Origin: Candidatus Cloacimonadota bacterium
GTDB lineage: Bacteria; Cloacimonadota; Cloacimonadia; G963667145
Reading direction: 5' to 3'
DNA length: 64,000 nucleotides
NCBI GenBank assembly: GCA_963676615.1
Contig: OY781092.1
Coordinates: forward strand, 1,056,001-1,120,000
Part shown: positions 49,423-60,696 of the stretch, one piece after another
How positions within the stretch are numbered: position 1 is the first letter of the stretch
How the letters are laid out: each line of letters begins with the position of its first letter
The notes under the pieces: model-generated
Databases searched by the model: none
Seen by the model: the letters and a program-made list of their open reading frames with translations, nothing else
Told to the model about the DNA's origin: nothing
Program-made: the position numbers and the translations under genes

Positions 49423-50490
49423 TTAAATTTCCTTTTTACCAACTTGCAAATTAAAAACCCTCCTCACTCCATCCTCCAACTCCACTCTATACTTCCAGCC
49501 CAAAGAAGTTAGCTTGCTCGTATCAGTCAACTTTTTCATCGTTCCATCAGGTTTATCTGCGTTAAAATACAGCTCGCCATTATACCCCACAACATCTTTT
49601 ACCAACTCAGCAAGCTCCTTAATCGAAACATCCTTGCCTGTGCCAATGTTGATATGAGTGTTGCGAATTTCGTCCGTTTGCCCTTTCGCCAAAACCGCAA
49701 AATCGATTTTCTCCAACAAAAAAACGCACGCTTCAGCCATATCCTCAGAATACAAAAACTCTCGCCTGGGCTTGCCACTTCCCCAAATCTCCACTCGATC
49801 CTTGCTAATCCCAAACTTTTGCAAAATTTTAGTCGCTTCATCAAAACTTTTCACCTGCAAATCTTTAACAACTTCGTCCTTTTTGTCCTCAGAAAGCAAC
49901 TTCGCCAAATAAATTTTCCGCAAAATCGCAGGCAAAACATGCGATTTCTCCAAATCGTAATTATCATTTTCGCCATAAAGATTCGTCGGCATTGCTGCAA
50001 TAAAGTTCGTCCCATACTGCAAATTATACGCCTCGCACATCTTGATTCCCGCAATCTTTGCAACCGCATAAGGCTCGTTCGTATATTCCAAAGGCGAAGT
50101 CAGCAAGCAATCTTCCTTCATCGGCTGCGCAGCATTTTTGGGATAAATACAAGTGCTACCCAAAAACAGCAGCTTTTTCACCCCAAATTCATAACTAAAA
50201 TGAATCACATTATTTTGAATTTGCAAATTATCGTAAATAAAATCGGCTCGGTAGGTGTTGTTCGCAACGATACCACCAACTTTTGCCGCAGCCAGCACCA
50301 CAAATTCAGGCTTCTCTTGCTCAAAAAATTTTCGAGTCGCTTGCTGATTACGCAAATCAAGCTCAGCCGAACTCCGCAGAACCAAATTGTCATATCCTTT
50401 GGTTTGCAACACCTTCACAATCGCAGAACCGACAAGACCTCTGTGCCCAGCAACAAAAATTTTCGAGTCTAGCTTCATTGTTTTGTTCAA
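49423..50490 (-). CDS. fcl: GDP-L-fucose synthase
   Basis: [37 protein letters not shown] and SHVLPA motifs; true start may be the ATG at 50478. Confidence 0.96.
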   Translation of the reverse strand: MNKTMKLDSKIFVAGHRGLVGSAIVKVLQTKGYDNLVLRSSAELDLRNQQATRKFFEQEKPEFVVLAAAKVGGIVANNTYRADFIYDNLQIQNNVIHFSYEFGVKKLLFLGSTCIYPKNAAQPMKEDCLLTSPLEYTNEPYAVAKIAGIKMCEAYNLQYGTNFIAAMPTNLYGENDNYDLEKSHVLPAILRKIYLAKLLSEDKKDEVVKDLQVKSFDEATKILQKFGISKDRVEIWGSGKPRREFLYSEDMAEACVFLLEKIDFAVLAKGQTDEIRNTHINIGTGKDVSIKELAELVKDVVGYNGELYFNADKPDGTMKKLTDTSKLTSLGWKYRVELEDGVRRVFNLQVGKKEI

Positions 50491-51572
50491 ACCTCAAATC
50501 CGCTTTGGCGCAACAAATGCCTTTTCTCTACATAATCCAAATCGTGCTTGACCATAATTTTCACCAACTCAGCAAAAGAGGTTTTGCGCGGATTCCAACC
50601 TAGTAGTTTTTTTGCTTTGCTCGGATTTCCCAAAAGCGTCTCCACTTCCGCTGGCCTAAAATATTGCGGATCGACCTCAATCAACACCTCTCCGTTCTCG
50701 GCGTTTACGCCTTTTTCGGCTAGTCCGCTTCCTTCCCATTTGAGCGTAATTCCCGCTTCTCTAAAAGCCAAATCGCAAAAATCTCGCACCGAATATTGCT
50801 CACCAGTGGCAATCACAAAATCTTCTGGCGTCTGGTGTTGCAACATAAGCCACATACACTCCACATAATCTTTGGCGTAGCCCCAGTCACGCTTGGCGTC
50901 CAAGTTGCCGAGATACAACCGTTTTTGATAGCCTTTGGCGATGCGAGCTGCCCCCAAAGTTATTTTTCTAGTGACAAAATTTTCGCCACGGCGCTCAGAT
51001 TCGTGATTGAACAAAATGCCGTTACAAGCAAACATTCCATAAGATTCCCGATAATTTTTCGTAATCCAAAATCCGTATTGCTTAGCTACAGCGTAAGGGC
51101 TGCGTGGATAAAACGGCGTGTCCTCCGATTGCGGAATTTCCTGCACTTTCCCATAAAGTTCACTCGTGGACGCCTGATAAATCTTGGTCTTTTTTTCCAT
51201 TCCCAAAAGGCGCACCGCCTCCAAAACCCGAATCGTCCCAATTCCATCGGTGTCCGCCGTATATTCCGGCACCTCAAAAGAGACCCGCACATGCGATTGT
51301 GCGGCAAGATTATAGATTTCATCGGGCTTGGTCTGCTTTATCACCCGAATCAGATTCGACGAGTCGGTCATATCGCCATAAAAAAGCTTGAGCTTCCGCT
51401 TTTTGTGCATATCCTCGATCAAATCGTCCAAATACAAATGCTCGATTCTGCTGTTGTTGAAAGATGAAGAGCGCCGAATAATCCCAAAAACTTCATAGCC
51501 CTTGTCTAGTAAAAATTCCGCCAAATAAGAGCCGTCTTGCCCATTTATCCCCGTAATTAAAGCTGTTTTCAT
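50487..51572 (-). CDS. gmd: GDP-mannose 4,6-dehydratase
   Basis: [28 protein letters not shown] and [16 protein letters not shown] motifs. Confidence 0.97.
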   Translation of the reverse strand: MKTALITGINGQDGSYLAEFLLDKGYEVFGIIRRSSSFNNSRIEHLYLDDLIEDMHKKRKLKLFYGDMTDSSNLIRVIKQTKPDEIYNLAAQSHVRVSFEVPEYTADTDGIGTIRVLEAVRLLGMEKKTKIYQASTSELYGKVQEIPQSEDTPFYPRSPYAVAKQYGFWITKNYRESYGMFACNGILFNHESERRGENFVTRKITLGAARIAKGYQKRLYLGNLDAKRDWGYAKDYVECMWLMLQHQTPEDFVIATGEQYSVRDFCDLAFREAGITLKWEGSGLAEKGVNAENGEVLIEVDPQYFRPAEVETLLGNPSKAKKLLGWNPRKTSFAELVKIMVKHDLDYVEKRHLLRQSGFEV

Positions 51573-51673
51573 CTGCTATCCTTATATAAAAATTGCTCAT
51601 TCCAAAAATGATTTGCAGCTTGCCCTGTCAAGAGTATAAGCAAAATGTTAACTTAAAAGCGATGAGTGAAAAT

Positions 51674-52504
51674 TTACAAACAGGAATAATTAAACAAAGT
51701 TTTAAACACCCTTAAAACAGTCGCCAAAACCCGCGTTCCAATGAACACCTTATTATAATCCTGCCTAAAAAAAAGATTTAAATATTGCACGGTTAAATAC
51801 AGAGAATTTTTAATCTCGTCTGCCATTTTTACTTTTCTTCGCGTTGTCGAGCCGACTCTCTCATAAACAAAATAACAAGTTCCTTTTGATGTTTTTTGTA
51901 TTCTCTGTATATTTTTGGAAATTACAGCCATAAACAAGGAGTCTTCCCCTTTAAAAACATTTTCATCAAACTTTGCATTTTGCAACATTTTCCTATGCAT
52001 CATCGTTGCTACAGGCAATGTAAAATATCTTATTGATCTAAATCTTAGTTTTTCAAAATCGTTTAATTTCAAAAATGTTTTTCCAATCCGAGTTTCTTTT
52101 GCCTTTTTAATATCATCTTTAAAACCAAGAATATTAGAAATTCCCATAAAATCTTTGGTTGTTTTCTGCAACAAATTTTCTAGATAATTCTCGCTAACCA
52201 AATCGTCATCGTCTATAAAACAAAAATACTCTTCCCTAAAATTTTCAATAAGTTTATTTCGTGCTTTTGAAATTCCAGGTTTTTCAATATAAAAATATTG
52301 CCACTTAAACCTCATTCTCCCCAACAGCTCAAAAACATAATCCTCATAGTGCTTCCTTTGCCCATTTAGCGCGATATAAACACAAAATTCATCTATTCCT
52401 AAACTCTGCTTATTTATAGAAAGTAGACACCTTTCAAAATACTCCTTTGGCTCACAAGTTGGAATCAACACAGCAACTTTACTCATTTTACAATGGCAAT
52501 CCAT
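51674..52504 (-). CDS. Glycosyltransferase family 2
   Basis: VAVLIP, GISKARN, FIDDDD and GEDSLF motifs. Confidence 0.85.
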   Translation of the reverse strand: MDCHCKMSKVAVLIPTCEPKEYFERCLLSINKQSLGIDEFCVYIALNGQRKHYEDYVFELLGRMRFKWQYFYIEKPGISKARNKLIENFREEYFCFIDDDDLVSENYLENLLQKTTKDFMGISNILGFKDDIKKAKETRIGKTFLKLNDFEKLRFRSIRYFTLPVATMMHRKMLQNAKFDENVFKGEDSLFMAVISKNIQRIQKTSKGTCYFVYERVGSTTRRKVKMADEIKNSLYLTVQYLNLFFRQDYNKVFIGTRVLATVLRVFKTLFNYSCL

Positions 52505-53442
52505 TAAATAAACAAGGCTTTCAACAAAAACCTATAGCTTTTCGTCTTAAAAAGATAAACGAGCAATTTTCGTCGCATTTTTTTTTTTAATTTTGCTTCA
52601 TCATACTTCAAAAACTCACCGTTTTTCTTCATCAATTTTTTCATAAAAAAAACAATATCTGAAAAAGGGATTTTAAAAGCGTCCTTATTAACCAGCAAAG
52701 AAAATAAAATTTTAGCATTTTTCACGCTAACAAAATCAAAAGACACCAAATTATGCTCAATATATTTTAACAATAACTTAAATTTAACATCTAATCTTTT
52801 ATCAGCCTGGGATGATATACTGCTCTCAAGTTTTCGATAATGCAACAAGACCTTAGGAATATTAGCAAACTTAGTCAAACCTGACAAACTAATCCACAAA
52901 GCGTAATCTTGAGCAGTGTATAAATTTTCATCATAAAATATTTGATTGTCTTCCAACACAGATTTCCTTATCATCACAGCTGGATGAGCAAAACAACTGC
53001 CCACTAACAAACTCATTTTACACTCATCGTCGGTAATTGGCACTCTCCATTTTTTTTTGCATCCATTAGCGAAAATTTTTATACAGCTCCCACAAACCCC
53101 AACATTAGGCTCATTTTCCATAAACTTTACTTGCTCTTCAAATCTAGTAGGCAAACTAATATCATCTGCATCCATTCGGGCAATATACTTGCCCCTAGCT
53201 TTTTTTATTCCTTCATTTAATGAAAACGGCAAACCTTTATTCTCTCTGCTTATTAAAACTATTCGTTCATCATTTTTAGCATATTTTTGAATAATATCAA
53301 AGCTACTATCCGTCGAACCATCATTTACAATAATAAATTCAAAATTTGTATATGTTTGATTTAAAATACTTTCTATAGCTTCACTTAAATATTTTTCACT
53401 ATTGTAAACTGACATAACAACAGAGATTAACGGTCTAGTCAT
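52504..53442 (-). CDS. Glycosyltransferase family 2
   Basis: ISVVMSVYN, VNDGSTD, ARMDADD and QDYALW motifs. Confidence 0.93.
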   Translation of the reverse strand: MTRPLISVVMSVYNSEKYLSEAIESILNQTYTNFEFIIVNDGSTDSSFDIIQKYAKNDERIVLISRENKGLPFSLNEGIKKARGKYIARMDADDISLPTRFEEQVKFMENEPNVGVCGSCIKIFANGCKKKWRVPITDDECKMSLLVGSCFAHPAVMIRKSVLEDNQIFYDENLYTAQDYALWISLSGLTKFANIPKVLLHYRKLESSISSQADKRLDVKFKLLLKYIEHNLVSFDFVSVKNAKILFSLLVNKDAFKIPFSDIVFFMKKLMKKNGEFLKYDEAKLKKKMRRKLLVYLFKTKSYRFLLKALFI

Positions 53443-55249
53443 TTAGGATCAACTTTTTCCCAAGTTCAAAGTCAAATGATTTTGGTTCAAAATTTTCTAC
53501 ACCATTGCCTGGAACATTCGTCAACTCTCCAAAATAAACTGCATTATCCAAGAGATACAAATCAACTCTTATAAAGTCAAAATCTTTAGACAGCTTTTCT
53601 GCGATTGCTAAAGCTTCATCGTATTTTATAGGTTTTTCAACTTTTTGACCTCTTTCAAAAATATATTTAACACCTATAATATTGAAACCTCTATCATATA
53701 AATCTCTCTTATGCTTTATAAACCTTTCTGTATCTACTTGCACAATTTCTACTTTTCCATTGAAACAAAAGAATTTAAAATCAGGTGGTATATCATTATT
53801 AAAGTTGAGTTTCTCTTCTACAATAATCAAAGGTTCTACTTTTTTATAAAACCATTCTCTTCCAACATCAGCATAGTCATTTTTAATCCATAAATTTGAA
53901 AGTTGTCTAATTTGTTCAAAATCATCTATATTTTTATCTACAACTTTAACCATGCCAGAGCCATGATTCCCTTTGATAACAAACTCTTGAGGTAAGCTAT
54001 TCCAAATATCTTTTGTAAATTCTTTACCCACCCAAAGATTTTTTATGAGTTTACACTCTGGCGCATTTTGCTTTACATACTCTCTTACCCATATTCTATC
54101 TACTATTTTTTCTCTTAATTCATTTATCTTATAAAGCTTTATATGATTGATTTTTTCACTAAATGACCTTGGATTTTTAAAGTTTGGAACATAGCCATGG
54201 CTTTTTATAAATCTTATTTTTGCATACCAATAGTCATTTAAACTATTGTAAAAAGATTTTGACAGTCTTTTTTTTATTTTTGGCAACAATGGCTTCATCT
54301 CATCATATCTCGTCTTTAGAGTTAAAAACTTATATTTTAGTTTATAAAATATATTGTTTTGTTGGGTGAGCTGGTTACCAATTTCTCCCAAAATTGACAA
54401 TTTACAACCATCTTCTCGTTTTACTTTGATAAGGCTAACTAACTTGTTACTCTGAACATCAAATTGGCAAATTAAACCCTCTTTCATAAAAGATTTTTGC
54501 TTCATGTATTGTTTTTCCCCTTTTAGGAAAAACTCAATATCAGGAAATAAAAAATTACCTAATGAATAAAAAATATACTTATTTTTATAAACCTCATATG
54601 GTTGAACGATATGTGAATGATGCCCAACAATCAAATCAATGCCACTATCTATAAGCTTGCGAGCTAATTTTCTTTGTGAAGGCATTGGCAGAGGAATATA
54701 TTCTGTCCCCCAATGAATATAAAGAACTATCTTGTAATCTTGATATTTTTCTCTTAATCTTTCAATCTCTTCAAAACTTACATCTTTTGGACCTTGGATG
54801 CTTTCGCCTGCAAATAAGTATCCTCCTGTCAAATCAGTCTCTCTTGTTGTATAAGATATAAAAACGAGCTTTTCTTCTTCATTTATAAAAATATGAGATT
54901 CATCATCTTCATCTCCAACACCAAAAATTTCAAAATTATTCTTAGCTAAAATATTTTTAGTTAAATCAAAGCTTTTATTGCCATAATCATTAATGTGATT
55001 ATTTGATAAAGATATCAAAAATGGATTCAACTGTTTTAAGTAGTTTAAAGAATTTTCATATTGACAAAGCGTCACCTTGCTTTTAAGTGGTATATTACAA
55101 CTCTCATCCACAAATGGTGATTCAAGATTTACTACTAACTTAGTATCTTTAATTAATGGCAATGTCTCTTTAAATGGTTCTTCTGTATATTTTTCTAAAT
55201 CTTGAAGAATTAAATCTCCTACGAAACTATATATCATAACTTTATCCAC
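53435..55249 (-). CDS. Fusion: CapA-family metallophosphoesterase + TupA-like ATP-grasp amidoligase
   Basis: N-half VGD, NLE, SNNHINDYG, HWG, GHHSH, YSLGNF. C-half NPRSFSEKI, KGNHGSG, DFKFFCFNG, RVDLY, FGELT..PG. Confidence 0.88.
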   Translation of the reverse strand: MDKVMIYSFVGDLILQDLEKYTEEPFKETLPLIKDTKLVVNLESPFVDESCNIPLKSKVTLCQYENSLNYLKQLNPFLISLSNNHINDYGNKSFDLTKNILAKNNFEIFGVGDEDDESHIFINEEEKLVFISYTTRETDLTGGYLFAGESIQGPKDVSFEEIERLREKYQDYKIVLYIHWGTEYIPLPMPSQRKLARKLIDSGIDLIVGHHSHIVQPYEVYKNKYIFYSLGNFLFPDIEFFLKGEKQYMKQKSFMKEGLICQFDVQSNKLVSLIKVKREDGCKLSILGEIGNQLTQQNNIFYKLKYKFLTLKTRYDEMKPLLPKIKKRLSKSFYNSLNDYWYAKIRFIKSHGYVPNFKNPRSFSEKINHIKLYKINELREKIVDRIWVREYVKQNAPECKLIKNLWVGKEFTKDIWNSLPQEFVIKGNHGSGMVKVVDKNIDDFEQIRQLSNLWIKNDYADVGREWFYKKVEPLIIVEEKLNFNNDIPPDFKFFCFNGKVEIVQVDTERFIKHKRDLYDRGFNIIGVKYIFERGQKVEKPIKYDEALAIAEKLSKDFDFIRVDLYLLDNAVYFGELTNVPGNGVENFEPKSFDFELGKKLILND

Positions 55250-56121
55250 TCTTTTGGAGCTAAATGAAGTTCATGATTAGTTTTATACCAAACTTTTGGA
55301 GCTATTACTATCTTGTTTTTATTTCGATTGAGCCATGCCCCCCACCAACTAAAAGTGCTATTCGCTATAATATTATGTTCACATCTACTCATAAGCACCA
55401 TATCATCTATAGCACTTTTTGTGTCATCTATAAATGTTTTATCTTCTAAAAATTCAAAATTTTCTTTACACCAAGCTATATCATCTGAAAAAATAAAAAA
55501 TTTTGGATTTTCTACTTTACTGTTTATAAATTCTATAGCATCTTTATAATATGGCATTTCAGTTATTGTAAGTCCTGAACCTTTAAACATAGTATTATCC
55601 ACGTAGTCCCCTCTTCTTACATGTAAACTTACACTATTTGAATTTTCTATCTCTTTTATGTATTGTTTTGCTTTTTCACTTATATCATGTATAGGAGTAA
55701 AACTCTTAATAATCTCATCTTTTATATTTTTAAAGTACTTTTCGCTCTGCCAATAACCATCCAAATATATGTCTTCACTTGAATTAAAAATATTTCCCTC
55801 AAAAATCTCATTTGTATTTTTTGCACCATTTAATAAAAGAGAATCAGCCTTATAACTGTTTGGCTTTTTATTTTTGACTTTTAGTTTATTTTTTACTTTG
55901 TCTATAAAACCCTCTTTTCCTTTTAAACTATCAATCTCTTTTTGCGAAGCCAAATTCTCTTCAATATTAAATAAATCTAATTCATATTTTCTAAGAGTTT
56001 GTTTTGGATAAAAAGTCACATCTAGCTTAAAAATATCATTATTCTTTATCGCCATAGATTTTGCTATGGCATATTGAAACATCTGATTGCCTAGACCTCC
56101 AATAATTCTAACAATTATCAT
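55234..56121 (-). CDS. Alpha-1,2-fucosyltransferase (GT11)
   Basis: GGLGNQMFQY, GYWQSEKYF, HVRRGDY, FSDD and NSTFSWWGAWL motifs. Confidence 0.93.
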   Translation of the reverse strand: MIIVRIIGGLGNQMFQYAIAKSMAIKNNDIFKLDVTFYPKQTLRKYELDLFNIEENLASQKEIDSLKGKEGFIDKVKNKLKVKNKKPNSYKADSLLLNGAKNTNEIFEGNIFNSSEDIYLDGYWQSEKYFKNIKDEIIKSFTPIHDISEKAKQYIKEIENSNSVSLHVRRGDYVDNTMFKGSGLTITEMPYYKDAIEFINSKVENPKFFIFSDDIAWCKENFEFLEDKTFIDDTKSAIDDMVLMSRCEHNIIANSTFSWWGAWLNRNKNKIVIAPKVWYKTNHELHLAPKEWIKL

Positions 56122-57121
56122 TTCCTAAATCTTTTACTATCTCACTAACAATAGTATCTGCAAAAACTTCTGCTTTAAACTGATCTGCTTTTGAACTGTT
56201 TAAAAACTCTTCAATAGCATCTAGATAATTCATATAGGTTTTTTCATCCATATTTTTTATAAACTCATAAATATCTTCAAAACTATCAAACTCTCTTTTG
56301 TCTATAAAACACTCTTTTGGTATGTGGTCAGTCACATTTTTCGCACCCCAGTATATTGGTACACATCCAGCAAAAAAACTATCAAAGATCTTCTCTGTGA
56401 TATATCCCGCTTGATCTTTTATATTTTCATAACATATTGAGAATTTATAGTTTTTCATAGTTTCATATTTCGATTCCACCATACCTTTATATGAAGTAAA
56501 AAGATTTTTCTTTCTAAGTGGTTTTATCTTATTTAGCACTTTTCCAAAAAAGCTATGACCAAATCTATACTGATTCCATTTTGTTCCATACAAATCAAAC
56601 TCATCAAAATGATATTTTTCAAACCATCTTATAATCTCTACCCTTTTTGTATATAACTCATCTGGATGATTAGCAGACTTATTTCCAGCTATGACACAGC
56701 ATAGTTTTTTACCATCAAACTTTTTAGGAATAGTTTTAGGTATATCATAGGCATAGTTGACTTTAAAATATTTTTCATTATCTATCATATCATCATTCCA
56801 AGTAAAGATTTTTTTAAAATATTTATGTTTATTATGTGCATATATGGCGCTATCAACATGAGGGCTTTCTAGTGCTAGCAAATAAAAATTATTGTAATTT
56901 CTAGATTGAATGATTTTTTGATTTAGTCCCATATATAAAACAATATCTGACAATAAAGGCTCATTAATGTCTTTTGTAGATAAATCAACACCATTTAATT
57001 TAAATTGCTCTTTTAAGGCGAAATAAAAATATGCAAAATTATCTCTATTTATATTCTTATCTGTAATATCAAATATTCTATTGCCTAAATTATAATTCAT
57101 CACTAAAGAGGCTTTTAACAT
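56108..57121 (-). CDS. GT10 family (alpha-1,3-fucosyltransferase-like) glycosyltransferase
   Basis: [30 protein letters not shown] motif; start taken at the ATG of MLKAS. Confidence 0.85.
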   Translation of the reverse strand: MLKASLVMNYNLGNRIFDITDKNINRDNFAYFYFALKEQFKLNGVDLSTKDINEPLLSDIVLYMGLNQKIIQSRNYNNFYLLALESPHVDSAIYAHNKHKYFKKIFTWNDDMIDNEKYFKVNYAYDIPKTIPKKFDGKKLCCVIAGNKSANHPDELYTKRVEIIRWFEKYHFDEFDLYGTKWNQYRFGHSFFGKVLNKIKPLRKKNLFTSYKGMVESKYETMKNYKFSICYENIKDQAGYITEKIFDSFFAGCVPIYWGAKNVTDHIPKECFIDKREFDSFEDIYEFIKNMDEKTYMNYLDAIEEFLNSSKADQFKAEVFADTIVSEIVKDLGNDNC

Positions 57122-57750
57122 TTTTCTAACTCCAAGATTAAGCTTTTTGCCCCCCCTATATCTTGATTCCACCAACTTGATTCCAGTATCTTTTTTTGTT
57201 TTTCATCGTCAAACCTATATCTTAGTAATCTAGCTGGACTTCCTGCTACAATTGCAAAAGAAGGAACATCTTTTGTAACTACACTATTTGCACCAATTAC
57301 AGCACCATCTCCAATACTGACACCTCTTAATATTACGACATCCGTACCTATCCAAACATCATTACCTATATTACAAGGTTGTTTTGTTAGCACCTCATAA
57401 CTATTATTATCATAAAAAAGTGAATTTGTAGATATTTTATTTAAATCATGCTCTCCTTGACCAATTGAAACATTGTTTGCAATAGAACAATATCTACCTA
57501 TTGATGTTTTAGTAATATTACAGTTTTTACCAATATAAGTGAAATCTCCAATACTAGATTTACTATCAATCGTTGAACCTTTAGCTACTGATATATTTTT
57601 ACCCATTAGACTTTTAATAGAAATATCTAAAGAATCAATTTTTTTTAATTTTGTTTTTAATAAAATGAATTTAAATAATTTCTTTACCACCAAATAACTC
57701 CACCATTTTAAGTCTATTTTTCTCCCAACTATCACAATTAGGAGCACCAT
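57115..57750 (-). CDS. CatB-related hexapeptide O-acetyltransferase
   Basis: IGRYCSIA and [33 protein letters not shown] motifs; start uncertain. Confidence 0.9.
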   Translation of the reverse strand: MVLLIVIVGRKIDLKWWSYLVVKKLFKFILLKTKLKKIDSLDISIKSLMGKNISVAKGSTIDSKSSIGDFTYIGKNCNITKTSIGRYCSIANNVSIGQGEHDLNKISTNSLFYDNNSYEVLTKQPCNIGNDVWIGTDVVILRGVSIGDGAVIGANSVVTKDVPSFAIVAGSPARLLRYRFDDEKQKKILESSWWNQDIGGAKSLILELEKC

Positions 57751-58471
57751 TTACATCTTTTAATTTTAGATATTTAACAATAGAATTTACATTCATTTTA
57801 AATTTAGTCTTCTCCCTAACTCTTAGTGACCATTCCACATCTTCACCATCTCCCCAAAACAGTTTTTCATCAAGTGGATTTTCTAAAAAGAAATCTCTTT
57901 TTACACAAAAATAAGTTCCGCTAAAATACATATATTTTGTATATTTGTCATAAGGTATTAGACAAGCTCCACTTCCTTTTGAGTCATTGCAAATCTCAGG
58001 GTGATCCCAAGCCATCCAGTCTCTATGCCTTGAATTGTTTTGATTCAAAACAATGCTCATACACACTTCCCAATCATTCCCAAACTCTTCATACCCTATT
58101 CGCCAACCATTTTCGAGGCCAACATAATCATGCATAATACATAGTTTGTCGTATTTAGCATTTTTTGCTGCAAGATTTTTTTTGTGACATATTGCACCTG
58201 TTTTGTAAAAAAAACTTTTAAAACTACCTGTTTTTAAAAAGTTTAAAAAAACATTTTTTGTAAAATTTAGTCCAAAAATTTCTTCTTTAAAAGGGACTAA
58301 AATCACTTTCTTTAAAGCTTTTTTGTCTAGATCTGGGTTTCCAACAATAACAATTTCATAGTTATCAACATTTTCGAACTCATCATAAATTTTATTTATA
58401 CATTGTCTTAAATTTACTTCGTTCCCTGGAGCTGTAACTATACAAAAACTCCAGCCTTCATTTTGTTTCAT
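57671..58471 (-). CDS. Hypothetical GT-A/GT2-like protein
   Basis: WSFCIVT, EIVIVG, KKNLA..IMHD and GEDVEWS resemble GT-A elements. Confidence 0.55.
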   Translation of the reverse strand: MKQNEGWSFCIVTAPGNEVNLRQCINKIYDEFENVDNYEIVIVGNPDLDKKALKKVILVPFKEEIFGLNFTKNVFLNFLKTGSFKSFFYKTGAICHKKNLAAKNAKYDKLCIMHDYVGLENGWRIGYEEFGNDWEVCMSIVLNQNNSRHRDWMAWDHPEICNDSKGSGACLIPYDKYTKYMYFSGTYFCVKRDFFLENPLDEKLFWGDGEDVEWSLRVREKTKFKMNVNSIVKYLKLKDVNGAPNCDSWEKNRLKMVELFGGKEII

Positions 58472-59159
58472 TTAATACCCCAAGCTCTCTAATTTTTCTA
58501 ACAAACTCTTCATAAGTTTCATTATGATAGTGATATGGTAATTTTCTATACTCTTCATTTCCAATTTTAGCAAAATCTACAAAGTCATCGTCAATAGCTA
58601 TCGAATAAAGGTTGCAAAATTCAGCTGAAAGTTTTTCGATTGTTTTTTTTATGCTATTAGCTCTTTGTTTAAATTGTTCTCTTGTCTCTAGTTTAGAAGG
58701 AAAATGTATAAAGATGATAGGAACGAAACCCCAAGTATCCGCACATTTTTCAAAAACTAATCTATAATATTTTTCCAACTTTTCAACTTCTAACAAGCCA
58801 TGAGAAGTAATATTTTTCTTAAAACTATTTGAATCGCTATTTAAATCAGAAAAATTACTATAAAAAGAAAAATAGTGCTTTTTGTGTGTAAATTTTTGAT
58901 CAGTAAGTTCACTAAAACTATCAAAAAATATTGCTTTTGGTCTGATATTTTTATCAAAAAAGTTTTGTTTTTGCATATAAATCGAATTTACCAATATGTC
59001 ATACCGATTAAACATCTTATAGAGCCTTAAAAGAGAAATCTTAGAAGTTTTTTCATCGCTAAGCAAATCAATTCTACTTTTGGAGAAATTAACAATTGCA
59101 ACATCTTTACCATATAGTCTTTCAATTATATCGTTTCCTAAACAAGCTGTACGAGACAC
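58458..59159 (-). CDS. Hypothetical protein, paralog of 60683-61435
   Basis: Shares RTACLGN, KSRID, DSFSELTDQ, FIHF and LPYHY with the upstream paralog. Confidence 0.7.
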   Translation of the reverse strand: MSRTACLGNDIIERLYGKDVAIVNFSKSRIDLLSDEKTSKISLLRLYKMFNRYDILVNSIYMQKQNFFDKNIRPKAIFFDSFSELTDQKFTHKKHYFSFYSNFSDLNSDSNSFKKNITSHGLLEVEKLEKYYRLVFEKCADTWGFVPIIFIHFPSKLETREQFKQRANSIKKTIEKLSAEFCNLYSIAIDDDFVDFAKIGNEEYRKLPYHYHNETYEEFVRKIRELGVLNETK

Positions 59160-59163
59160 TATT

Positions 59164-60696
59164 TTACCCCCCCCCCATAAGCTTTTTATTGATTCGTTTT
59201 AATGTAGCTTTATAATACTCCACTACAAATCTTAATAAATCTATTTTTGTATATCCTCCACTTAAAATCAAAAATAAAACTAGATATACAAAACCTTTCG
59301 ATAAAAACTGCAAAAGTAATGATTCAAACAGTATAGTAATACAATAATCAGAAGCCATCATAAAAGCTAAAAGTAACAAAAACCATTTAAGTCCATCCAT
59401 TACCCATTTGTAAATATTAATATTTAATATAATATCTACCAAATGGAAAGAGTAAAATAATCCTATAGTCATAGAAAATAAATAACCAATAAAAAAACCA
59501 TTAATACCTATTAACTTGTAAAATAAATATGATAAAGATACAAATACTATCACTTCAATAAGTGCAAACAATGGCGTCTTTCTAAATTCACCAGAACTAT
59601 GGATAATTATTCCTGTGAAACTAGTAAGCATAATAAAAAGAAAATTTAAAAGAATAAATATAAATATCTCAAACCCTATAAACCTATCTGCTCCAACCCA
59701 AAGAGATATAAAAGTTTCATTTAAAGAAAAAAGTGCATACAGGCAAAATAGAGTAGTAAAAACACCCAATTTAAATACTTTTTCAAAATATGGTATAAGA
59801 TTTTCTCTCTCATCATTTTCGAAATGTGCACTGATTGATGGGAATAAATTCATTACAATTTTTGATATAAATCCTGGTATTAATCCTGGAATTTTATTTG
59901 TGATATTATATTGAGCTACTAAAATTTGCCCCCCATAGTTACTAAGTAGTACTGTAAATAGTGATGTTTTAGAAACCTGAGCTATTCTTAAAAGTTGAAA
60001 TTGCTTAATATACTGCCAACCATCTACAATATAATTTTTATGAAACTCTTTAGGGATAAAAAGATTTATTTTATAGTTTTTATATACTTTAAAAGCTATA
60101 AATATATTTACTATAAAAGTTGATAATAATATTGAGATGCCAAAAGACAAAAGGGCATAATTTAAATATAAAAGAATAATATTAAATAGGCTAGATAAAA
60201 CAAGAATCATAAACACAGCTATATTCATATACCTAAGTTCATGTCGACTTCTTAAAATAGCATGATTTAATCCACAAAAAACACCAACAACCACAGAAAT
60301 CCAAAAGAATATAAAAAGATTATGAGAAATATTTATATAATTCATTTCTAAATCTAATATTCTACCAATATAAGCAGATACTATTAGCCCCAGAAATAGC
60401 AATACTATCCCTAAAAGATATTGAAAAATTTGTGCTGAATTTAGAAATGGGACTAGTTCTTCAGAGTTGAAAAAATTATCACTTGACATTTTCTTTACAC
60501 TATACATAGGCATTCCAATGTCTGCTAAAGATATAACCGCTATAATCCCTTGTATAGCTATGTAAATTCCAAATTCTTCCAGAGAAATAAAATTTAAATA
60601 TACAGGTATAATTACAAAACTAATAAGTGTAGTTAATACAAATATAACACTGTCTGATGCTATACCTTGAATAATATTTTTTTTATGAGGTTGCAT
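59164..60696 (-). CDS. Second Wzx/MOP-type polysaccharide flippase
   Basis: 510 aa with 12-14 TM segments; LEEFGIY, ADIG and FISLWVG motifs. Confidence 0.82.
   Translation of the reverse strand: MQPHKKNIIQGIASDSVIFVLTTLISFVIIPVYLNFISLEEFGIYIAIQGIIAVISLADIGMPMYSVKKMSSDNFFNSEELVPFLNSAQIFQYLLGIVLLFLGLIVSAYIGRILDLEMNYINISHNLFIFFWISVVVGVFCGLNHAILRSRHELRYMNIAVFMILVLSSLFNIILLYLNYALLSFGISILLSTFIVNIFIAFKVYKNYKINLFIPKEFHKNYIVDGWQYIKQFQLLRIAQVSKTSLFTVLLSNYGGQILVAQYNITNKIPGLIPGFISKIVMNLFPSISAHFENDERENLIPYFEKVFKLGVFTTLFCLYALFSLNETFISLWVGADRFIGFEIFIFILLNFLFIMLTSFTGIIIHSSGEFRKTPLFALIEVIVFVSLSYLFYKLIGINGFFIGYLFSMTIGLFYSFHLVDIILNINIYKWVMDGLKWFLLLLAFMMASDYCITILFESLLLQFLSKGFVYLVLFLILSGGYTKIDLLRFVVEYYKATLKRINKKLMGGG
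59167..59176 (-). repeat. G10 homopolymer tract (C10 on + strand)
   Basis: Minus strand reads ATG GGG GGG GGG TAA; ten consecutive G in an AT-rich region. Confidence 0.9.

Noticed and set aside
57150..57156. C7 tract in the acetyltransferase 3' end as a contingency locus
   Set aside because: Short, the frame is intact, and it lies only a few codons from the stop.
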